A stretch of DNA of 64,000 nt from Patescibacteria group bacterium (GTDB taxonomy: Bacteria > Patescibacteriota > Minisyncoccia > UBA6257 > HR35). Of the stretch, positions 18,287 through 26,700 are shown piece by piece. The notes under the pieces are model-generated. The model did not search any database. It was not told the origin of the DNA and saw only the letters and a list, made by a program, of their open reading frames with translations. The stretch's first letter is position 1. Each line of letters begins with the position of its first letter. Location of the stretch: positions 117,624 through 181,623 of the forward strand of contig JAUQQM010000001.1 in assembly GCA_030549895.1 (NCBI GenBank), read 5' to 3'. Made by a program: the position numbers and the translations under genes.

Positions 18287-19762
18287 ATGATTCAGCCATT
18301 AGGATATGTTACTTTTAGAGGTGAGAAAAAGACTTTTGGCATAAAGACAGAAGATAGACTTCGCCATATTTATATTATTGGTAAGACAGGAAGCGGGAAG
18401 ACGACTCTTTTAGAGAATATGATGATTTTTGATTTGGAAAATGATAATGGTTTTGCTTTTATTGATGCTCACGGAGATACTTGTAATAGAATTTTAAAGT
18501 TTGTTTCTCGCCAAAGAATAGAAAAGACAATTTATTTCAATCCAGCAGATCTAGATTGGCCATTTACCTTTAATGTTCTTTCTCAAGTTCCTTGGGAATT
18601 AAGGCATATAGTAGTTTCTGGTCTTATGTCAGTTTTTAAAAAAATTTGGGTTGATGCCTGGTCAGCAAGAATGGAATATATTCTTACAAATACCTTACTT
18701 GCTCTTTTAGAGTATCCTGAAGCAACCCTTCTTGATGTAAATAGGATGCTTTCAGACAAAGGTTTTCGAGAGATGATTGTTTCTGGTCTTAAAGATCCAG
18801 TAGTTAAAAATTTTTGGGAAAATGAATATGCAAAATATACTCAAGCTTTTCAAGTCGAAGCTATAGCTCCAATTCAAAACAAGGTTGGTCAATTTTTATC
18901 ATCACCTCTTATAAGAAACATTATAGGTCAAAAAGAAAATAAAATAGACTTTAGAGAAGTCATGGACAATGGCTATATTTTTATAGCTAATATTTCAAAA
19001 GGACTTATAGGAGAGGAAAATACAGCTCTTTTAGGTTCAATGTTGGTTACCAAAATTCAACTCTCAGCTATGGCAAGGGCTAATGTCCCAGAAGAAAAAA
19101 GAAAAGATTTTTATCTCTATGTAGATGAATTTCAAAACTTTGCTACAGAATCTTTTGTCAATATTCTTTCAGAGGCGAGAAAATATCATTTAGGCTTAAT
19201 TTTAGCAAATCAATATCTTTTTCAACTTCCAGAAAAAATAGTAATGGCAATTTTAGGTAATGTTGGAACAATAATTTCTTTTCGTGTTGGTGGTCCTGAT
19301 GCAGAAATTTTAAAGAAAGAATTTGAACCTTATCTTGATGTTGTTGATCTAGTAAATCTTCCAAGATATCATGCTTATGTAAAACTGATAGTTTCAGGTA
19401 TTGCTCTTCAGCCATTTGTTGCTGAAACTTTCCCACCACGACCTTTGCCCGAAAAAAATTTTGAAGAAGAAATCATCAAAATAAATAGAGCAAAATATTG
19501 TAAATCAAGAAAATCTGTTGAGGATCAAATAAAAGAAAGATTTGGTTATCTTCCAGGAAAAAAAGAAGAAGAAAAGTTTTTAGCAAAGTGTTGGAAATGT
19601 GGCCAGGACGTTTATATTGATTTTCCTCCATCAAGAACAAAACCAGTATTTTGTTCTGAATGTAAAGATGTTTATCAACCAGAGATTTCTCTTAAAAAAG
19701 CAATAGAAAAAGGGTTAATAGAGGAATTTAAAAAACAGAAAAAACCTCAGAAAGAATCTTAA
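18287..19762 (+). CDS. VirD4/TraD/TraG-like (DUF87/HerA-superfamily) P-loop ATPase with a C-terminal CxxC-x17-CxxC zinc ribbon
   Basis: Walker A is IIGKTGSGKTT and Walker B is FYLYVDEFQNF, and the C-terminus reads CWKCGQDVYIDFPPSRTKPVFCSEC. The overall layout resembles coupling-protein or DNA-translocase ATPases. Confidence 0.65.
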   Translation: MIQPLGYVTFRGEKKTFGIKTEDRLRHIYIIGKTGSGKTTLLENMMIFDLENDNGFAFIDAHGDTCNRILKFVSRQRIEKTIYFNPADLDWPFTFNVLSQVPWELRHIVVSGLMSVFKKIWVDAWSARMEYILTNTLLALLEYPEATLLDVNRMLSDKGFREMIVSGLKDPVVKNFWENEYAKYTQAFQVEAIAPIQNKVGQFLSSPLIRNIIGQKENKIDFREVMDNGYIFIANISKGLIGEENTALLGSMLVTKIQLSAMARANVPEEKRKDFYLYVDEFQNFATESFVNILSEARKYHLGLILANQYLFQLPEKIVMAILGNVGTIISFRVGGPDAEILKKEFEPYLDVVDLVNLPRYHAYVKLIVSGIALQPFVAETFPPRPLPEKNFEEEIIKINRAKYCKSRKSVEDQIKERFGYLPGKKEEEKFLAKCWKCGQDVYIDFPPSRTKPVFCSECKDVYQPEISLKKAIEKGLIEEFKKQKKPQKES

Positions 19763-21339
19763 AAGCTTACTACTCCAGCCTGGAAATTTTTAATATCCTT
19801 GTCTCCAGAAAATATATCACCTAACTTTACATTAAATCTTTCTTGCGAAAAATCAAATTCTCCTGAGACACTTAAGTCTTTTATTAAAAGTAAATTTTCA
19901 CCAACTTGATTTAAAAATGGCCTAACAGAGATCTTTATTGGTATTTGGAGCTCTTCATTGTTTTTTATAAAATCTTCTTTAAAATAAAAGTTTCCCTCAA
20001 CAACACTTCCAGGAGACTCGATTATTTTTACCCAATAAGGAAAGGAAAAGGTTAAATTTAGATTTTTAATATCTTCATGAGTTGGTTTTACATTTATTAA
20101 AAGTTCAAACAAAGATTCTTTTTGAGCCTTTAAAGGACTTTCACCTTGAAGAAATTTTATTCCTTTTTTGATGCTTACCTGTCCAATAACTTTTGTCGTA
20201 AATATATTTTCTACTTTTATTCCCTCTTTTTTATTTTCAAAAAAAACTTTAAATGGAATTTCAAGATTATAATAATCTTTTTTTAAGTCAGTCATGATAC
20301 TTACTGAAAATGTAAGAGTTTTTTCTGGTAAAAATTTTAAAAGATCTGAGGTTCGTTCATAACTCCAATTAACTTTTATAGTTTCTTGAAAGGTAGCAAT
20401 TCCATTATGTGAGACTTTTATTGTTTGAGGAGCAAAATAATCAGGAATTATTTCAAGTTCCAGTATGGAACTGTCAAGAATTTTACTTGTGTTATTTTTT
20501 ACATTAATAGAAAAATTTAATTGACCGTCTTTAATTTTTTGGGGGAGGTCTGAAGAAATGATTATTGGACTTTCAATTAGATTTACGAAGATAGAAAAAT
20601 CTTTACTGAAAAGTATTTGATTTTCTTTTATAAAGAAAATTGATGCTTTTATTTCTTTTTGACCCTCAGGCGAGTCTTTTTCAAAAATTCCATTAAAAAG
20701 AAGATCAATTTTTTGGCCAGACTCTAAAGTTAATTTTTCCTCAAAACTATCATATATATTTTCATTTTTAAATATTTTAAAACCTAAAGTTGGGAAAATT
20801 TTAAATAAAATATCTTCTTGTTCGTCTAAGTTATTTTTTAAAGTTACTTTAAACTGAAACTCTTTTTGTCTTTCTAATTCCTTTGGAAAATCAATAGTTC
20901 CTTCTATTCCTTCTTCTTTAACATTAACATCAAAAGTAAAATCCTGATTTAACTGGTCATTGAAAGCATTTATTTTTATTGGAAGGATACCCTCTCCATG
21001 AGTAAAAACTCCAGAAAAATCAAAGAATTTTTGCTCAGCTGGCTTTAAGTCAGTTTCAAAAGTTATTAACCTCTTTTTTTCTTTAAGTTCTAAAAAATTT
21101 TCTGGCAAAAAAACATTTATCTTTAAATTTTTTAAAGTTACATTAGAATGATTAATTAAGGAAATTCTATAATCTAAAATTTTAAAAGTTTTTACAGTTT
21201 GAGGGCCACTTAATGAGACTTTTAATTCTGGCACTTTTTCTAACTTTTGATTTACTGACCAATAAAATAAAATGATAGCTAAAAAGAAAAACAGAACTAA
21301 AAATATTAAAGATTTTCTAAGAAAATTTAAAAAACTCAT
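19759..21339 (-). CDS. N-terminally anchored hypothetical surface protein (526 aa)
   Basis: One N-terminal TM helix (LIFLVLFFFLAIILFYW) is followed by repetitive segments rich in predicted beta strand. I see no catalytic motif. Confidence 0.5.
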   Translation of the reverse strand: MSFLNFLRKSLIFLVLFFFLAIILFYWSVNQKLEKVPELKVSLSGPQTVKTFKILDYRISLINHSNVTLKNLKINVFLPENFLELKEKKRLITFETDLKPAEQKFFDFSGVFTHGEGILPIKINAFNDQLNQDFTFDVNVKEEGIEGTIDFPKELERQKEFQFKVTLKNNLDEQEDILFKIFPTLGFKIFKNENIYDSFEEKLTLESGQKIDLLFNGIFEKDSPEGQKEIKASIFFIKENQILFSKDFSIFVNLIESPIIISSDLPQKIKDGQLNFSINVKNNTSKILDSSILELEIIPDYFAPQTIKVSHNGIATFQETIKVNWSYERTSDLLKFLPEKTLTFSVSIMTDLKKDYYNLEIPFKVFFENKKEGIKVENIFTTKVIGQVSIKKGIKFLQGESPLKAQKESLFELLINVKPTHEDIKNLNLTFSFPYWVKIIESPGSVVEGNFYFKEDFIKNNEELQIPIKISVRPFLNQVGENLLLIKDLSVSGEFDFSQERFNVKLGDIFSGDKDIKNFQAGVVSF

Positions 21340-21340
21340 T

Positions 21341-21356
21341 TGGTATAATTATAACA
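21341..21356. promoter_or_regulatory. Bidirectional promoter core: overlapping extended -10 boxes around the palindrome TATAATTATA
   Basis: The plus strand has TGGTATAAT (21341-21349) 9 nt before the ATG at 21359. The minus strand has TGTTATAAT (21356-21348) 8 nt before the ATG at 21339. The two start codons are 19 bp apart. Confidence 0.6.
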
Positions 21357-21358
21357 TT

Positions 21359-22696
21359 ATGGAAATAAAATTTCTTGGCGGTACTTCAACTGTTACTGGT
21401 TCTCTTTACCTTGTCAAAATAGGAAACAAAGAAATTTTAATTGATTGTGGACTATTTCAGGGAAGTTCTTTTTTAGAAGAAAGAAACTTTGAACTGCCCG
21501 AAATTAGTCCTGAAATAGTTATTTTAACTCATGCCCACCTTGATCATCTTGGAAGACTTCCTTATTTTTTTAAGAATTTTAAGAAAAAACCAATTATTCT
21601 TTCAACTGAACCAACAAAATCTCTTGCCAGAATAATTCTTGAGGATTCAGCTAAGATTTTAAAAGAAAAAAGCGAAATTTTAGGTAGAGAGCCAATTTAT
21701 AAAGTTGAAGATCTTGATGAAGTTTTTAATAATTGGAGGACTTTTTCTTATAATCAAAAAATAAATTTTAATGATTTTTATATCGAATTTTTCGATGCTG
21801 GTCATATTCTTGGTTCTAGTTTTGTTCTTATAGCTGGTAAATATAACCTAGTTTTTTCAGGAGACCTAGGTAACGAACCTTCAAACATTCTTAATCCTAA
21901 GCAAAAATTACCAAAGACTGACTTTTTAGTTGTTGAATCAACTTATGGCGGGAGAATTCATGAAGATGTCAGTAGTCGAGTTGAAAAACTAGAAGATATT
22001 ATTGAAGATATTCTCAAGAATAAAGGAGTTCTTTTAATTCCTATTTTTGCTATTGAAAAAGCTCAAGAGATAATTTATGACATTTATAGTTTAATTGAAA
22101 ATTATAAAGTTTCAAAAATTCCAATTTTTTTAGACTCCCCCCTTGCTATCTTTGCTTTTAAGATTTACAAAGATTATCTTAACTATCTTAAAAGTGACGC
22201 TAGAGTTTTTTTTGATAAAATTTCCTACATCTTTAATAAGGGAATTGTTATTCCAGTTTTAGAGCATGAAGATTCTTTTAAAATTTGGGAAGTAGAAAAT
22301 CCGAAAATAATTCTTGCTGGTTCTGGTATGTCAAATGGCGGTAGGATTGTTAGACATGAAAAACATTATCTTTCCTCCCCAACAACAACCTTACTTATTG
22401 TTGGTTTTCAAGCTCAAGGTAGTTTAGGAAGGCAAATTGTAGACGGTCAAAAGAATATCCAAATAGAAGACCAAACTATTGAAGTTAAAGCAAAAATTCA
22501 GACTCTTTACAGTTATTCTCTTCATGCTGATCAAAAACAAATTTTAGATTGGATTTACCCTCAAAGACTAAATCTTAAAGAAATTTTTCTTGTTCATGGT
22601 GAAGAAGACCAAAAAGAAATTTTAAAGAGAAAAATAATAGACGAGTTTGCTATCAAAGTAAGTATCCCAAAAGAAAATGAAATAATAAAACTTTAG
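21359..22696 (+). CDS. Metallo-beta-lactamase/beta-CASP family RNA-processing nuclease (CPSF73/RNase J-like)
   Basis: It has HAHLDHLGRLP, the beta-CASP motifs and a C-terminal RNA-specificity-like region. I set the start at 21359 (MEIKFLGG); the track start at 21272 would overlap the divergent gene. Confidence 0.75.
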   Translation: MEIKFLGGTSTVTGSLYLVKIGNKEILIDCGLFQGSSFLEERNFELPEISPEIVILTHAHLDHLGRLPYFFKNFKKKPIILSTEPTKSLARIILEDSAKILKEKSEILGREPIYKVEDLDEVFNNWRTFSYNQKINFNDFYIEFFDAGHILGSSFVLIAGKYNLVFSGDLGNEPSNILNPKQKLPKTDFLVVESTYGGRIHEDVSSRVEKLEDIIEDILKNKGVLLIPIFAIEKAQEIIYDIYSLIENYKVSKIPIFLDSPLAIFAFKIYKDYLNYLKSDARVFFDKISYIFNKGIVIPVLEHEDSFKIWEVENPKIILAGSGMSNGGRIVRHEKHYLSSPTTTLLIVGFQAQGSLGRQIVDGQKNIQIEDQTIEVKAKIQTLYSYSLHADQKQILDWIYPQRLNLKEIFLVHGEEDQKEILKRKIIDEFAIKVSIPKENEIIKL

Positions 22697-22698
22697 TT

Positions 22699-22707
22699 TG
22701 TTATAAT
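22699..22707 (+). promoter_or_regulatory. Extended -10 box TGTTATAAT, 6 nt upstream of the ATG at 22714
   Basis: This is an exact TGnTATAAT with no Shine-Dalgarno sequence. Confidence 0.55.
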
Positions 22708-22713
22708 TAATTT

Positions 22714-23040
22714 ATGGAGAAAATAAAATTAGAGGAATTTGAAAAATTAGATCTTGTTATTGGCGAAATAAAAGAAGCAACAAAACTTCAAGGAAGCGAT
22801 AAACTTTTAAAGCTTATAGTAGATTTAGGTCAAGAAACAAGAACAATTGTTGCTGGAATTGGTAAAAAATATAAACCACTTAATCTTATAGGAAAACAAG
22901 TAGTTGTGATTAGTAACTTAGAAAGTAAAAAAATTATGGGAATTGAAAGCGAGGGTATGATTCTTGCTGCTGACTCTCCTGATGGACCCATCATTATAGT
23001 TCCTCATAAAAAAACTCTCCCTGGAACAAAAATAAGATAA
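22714..23040 (+). CDS. tRNA-binding domain protein (CsaA/EMAP-II-like OB fold)
   Basis: At 108 aa it shows the pattern DLVIGEIKEA....GSDKLLKLIVDLGQE.RTIVAGI......L.GK.VVVISNL, typical of standalone tRNA-binding domains. Confidence 0.7.
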   Translation: MEKIKLEEFEKLDLVIGEIKEATKLQGSDKLLKLIVDLGQETRTIVAGIGKKYKPLNLIGKQVVVISNLESKKIMGIESEGMILAADSPDGPIIIVPHKKTLPGTKIR

Positions 23041-23046
23041 TTTAAA

Positions 23047-23484
23047 ATGAAAAAAATTTTTATAGGTTCAGACCATCGGGGTTTTTATCTTAAGGAAAAA
23101 ATTAAAAATTATCTAAAAAACAAATACAAAGTTATTGATGTTGGAAATTTTAGTTATGATCCCTTAGATGATTATCCAGATTTTGCAAAAAATCTTGTAA
23201 AGAATATTTTAAAAGAAAAAAATTCTTATGGTATTTTAATTTGTGGTACTGGTGTAGGGATGGCTATAGCAGCAAATAGAAAAAAAGGAATTTTTTGTGG
23301 CCTTGTTTTTAACAAAAATCAAGCTCAAAGAGCAAAAAAAGAGGATAATATAAATGTTATTTCTTTACCTGCAGATTTTTTAACTTTTAAAAAAGCAAAA
23401 GAAATTATTGATGTTTTTCTTAAGACAAAATTTTCAAGAAAGAGAAAATACACTAAAAGACTTGAAAAAATAGATTTATTTTAA
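23047..23484 (+). CDS. rpiB: Ribose-5-phosphate isomerase B (RpiB/LacAB family)
   Basis: The motifs IGSDHRGF and GILICGTGVGMAIAANR are present, and the length is 145 aa. Confidence 0.8.
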   Translation: MKKIFIGSDHRGFYLKEKIKNYLKNKYKVIDVGNFSYDPLDDYPDFAKNLVKNILKEKNSYGILICGTGVGMAIAANRKKGIFCGLVFNKNQAQRAKKEDNINVISLPADFLTFKKAKEIIDVFLKTKFSRKRKYTKRLEKIDLF

Positions 23485-23709
23485 GTTATTGTTGAGATTT
23501 TCTATAAAAATTAAAGCTCTTGCCCAAAAACCTGGGTTGGAAAATACTATATAGTAAGTCAAGGAGATTATTATAAAAATTAAAAGTAAAACTAATACCC
23601 TCATAATTGAATGATAACATAAAATTGCAAAAAAGTCAAGAAAGCTAGTTTTTTTTTATCCCCAACTAGAGGTTGACAAAATAAAAATCTTAAGTAATTT
23701 TTAGAAAAG

Positions 23710-26700
23710 ATGACAGGTAGAAATTTGAAAAAATTAAAAAATAAAAAACAAATTTTTGAGCTAGAAAAATTTTTCACCAAAGATATTCATCCTTATGAAG
23801 AAGTTAAATGGAAAAATTTTCAAGTTACTCTTCCAGGCTATGAAAATCTAAGTCCGGTAGAATTTCCAGAATTTTATTCTCAAAATGCAGTAAACATTAT
23901 TGCTACTAAATACTTTAAGGTAAATAGAGGGAAACAAGAAAAATCTTTAAAAGAATTAATTGCCAGAGTAGTTAGTACAATAAAAAAATGGGGCATTGAA
24001 CAAGGTTATTTTGAAGGAATTCCAGCTGATGTTTTTGAGATGGAATTAACATATATTTTGCTTCATCAATATGCAGCCTTTAATTCACCTGTTTGGTTTA
24101 ATGTCGGAGTTGAAGGAAGAAAACAGCAATGTTCAGCTTGCTTTATTTTGGATGTTGAAGATAATATGGAATCAATTCTTGACTGGATTAAAACTGAAGG
24201 CATGATCTTTAAAGGTGGCTCTGGATCAGGAATTAATTTGTCAAAGTTAAGAGCAAAAGGAGAAGCACTTTCAACTGGTGGAGCCTCCTCGGGAGTTATT
24301 TCTTTTATGAAGGCAGCTGATGCAGTTGCCGGTAGTATAAAATCTGGTGGTGCTACTCGTCGAGCAGCCAAGATGGTAATTTTGAATGTTGACCATCCAG
24401 AGATTATGGATTTTATAAGAGTAAAAGCTGAAGAAGAAAATAAAGTAAGAGCTCTGATGGAAGCTGGCTATGATATGACTGATTTAAATAATCCTTTGTG
24501 GCAAAATATATTTTTCCAAAACGCAAATAACTCAATTAGAGTTACTGATGAGTTTATGAAAGCAGTCCTTGAGGGTAGAGAATGGACAACTTACTATCGA
24601 ACTACAAAAGAGCCAGCAAAAACTTATAAAGCAAAAGATATCTTATGGGAAGCAGCTAAAGCAGCCTGGGAATGTGGTGATCCTGGGGTTCAATTTCACG
24701 ACACTATAAATAGATGGCATACCTGTAAAAATTCAGGCCAGATTGTTGCAACTAACCCTTGTGTTACTGGTGATACTTTAGTTGCTACAAAAGATGGATG
24801 GCGAAAAATTAAAGATTTAGTAGGTAAAGAAGTAGAAATAGTTACTCAAAATGGTATTAAAAAAGCAATAAAAGTTTGGCAGACAGGAATTAAACCTGTT
24901 TATCGAATTATTACAAGATCGGGTTATGAACTAAAAGCAACCGAAGATCATCCAATATATATTGAAGGCAAAGGAGATGTTATGGTTAAGAATTTAAAGA
25001 AAGGGGATAAAATTAAACTTTTAGGTGCTGGCTTTGGAAAATTTAATTTAGATCCAGATGTTGCTTTTATAATTGGTTATTTTGCTGGTGATGGAGCAAG
25101 AAGTTTTCAGAAAGAAAAAAATAAATATTTTTATTATTTCACTGGTAGCGAGGATGATATTTATGCTCTTTCTTATATAAAAGACACAATTAATAGTAGA
25201 CTTCAAGGAAAATATAATAGAAATACAAACTTGAGAAAAATAAACACAGAATATGTTGTTTGCAGTACTAAAGAGCCCGTTTCTCAAATTTTAGAAGAAT
25301 ACTTTGATTCTAAAAATAAAATCTTTAAAGATAAAATTTTCGAACTCAATAAAGAGTCAATTAAATATATTCTTCAAGGCCTTTTTACTGCTGACGGCAC
25401 TATAACTGGTAATCCTCAAAAAGGATTTTATGTTGGTTTAGACAATATTTCACTAGAACTTTTAAAACAAGTTCAACTTCTTCTTTTAAACTTTGGAATA
25501 AAAAGCAAGATTTATAAAAATAGAAGAAAAGAGTTACTAAAGTTATTGCCAGATTCTAAAAGAAAGTTGAGGTTATATAAAGTAAGACAAATGCATAGTT
25601 TAAGAATAACTCGTTCTTCAAGGTCTATTTTTGAAAGAGAAATAGGTTTTTATTTCGATCATCCAAAACAAGGAAAACTTAAAAATATAAATGAAAATCA
25701 CAAAACCTACAAAGACCATTTAACTGATGAAATAAAGGAAATAATTTATGAAGGGATTGAACCTGTTTATGATTTAACTGAACCAGAAACAAGTCACTTT
25801 GTCGCTAATGGAATTTTAGTTCATAATTGTTCAGAATACAATTTCCTTAATTGGACTTCATGTAATCTTGCTTCGATTAATTTGATGAAATTTTTAAAAG
25901 ATGATGGAGATTTCGATATTGAAGCCTTTAAGCATACAGTAAGAATAATTTTCCTTTCTCAAGATATTGTAATTTCAAAAGCAGATTATCCTCATTCAAA
26001 AATAGCTGAAGAAACTAAAAAATACAGAACAATTGGTTTAGGTTATACAAATCTTGGTGCTTTAATTATGGCCTTAAGTCTTCCTTATGACTCAAATGAA
26101 GCAAGATATTTAGCAGCAAGTATAACCTCACTTATGACTGCTGAAGCTTATAAGACTTCAACTGAGATCTCTGAAATTTTAGGGCCATTTCCTGAATACA
26201 AGAAAAATAAAGAACCAATGCTTGAAGTTATAAAAATGCACTGTGATGAAAGTTATAAGATTGGAAAAACAGAATTAACTAAAGCAGAATTTCCTTTAGC
26301 TCAAAAAATCTTAGAAGAAGCAAATAAAACTTGGAATGAAGTAATTGAAAGAGGCCAAAAATTCGGCTTTCGCAATGCTCAAGCAACACTTCTTGCGCCT
26401 ACTGGTTGTCTTACTGGTAACACTTTGATATCTACAGAAAGAGGTTTAGTTCCTCTTGAAACTTTAGGTAATCCTTTGGGTGAGAGATGGCAAGATTTAA
26501 ATATTTTAGTTATGACTGATGAAGGAGAAAAATTAGCAACTAAATTTTTTGTTAATGGTTTAGCTGAAACCATAAAAATAAGAACAAAAGATGGTTATGA
26601 GATAATCGGAACTCCTGAACATCGCATAAAAGTCTTTGATAAAGAAACTGGTGAGCTTAAATGGAAATATTTTGCCGATATTAAAAATGGAGATATTGTT

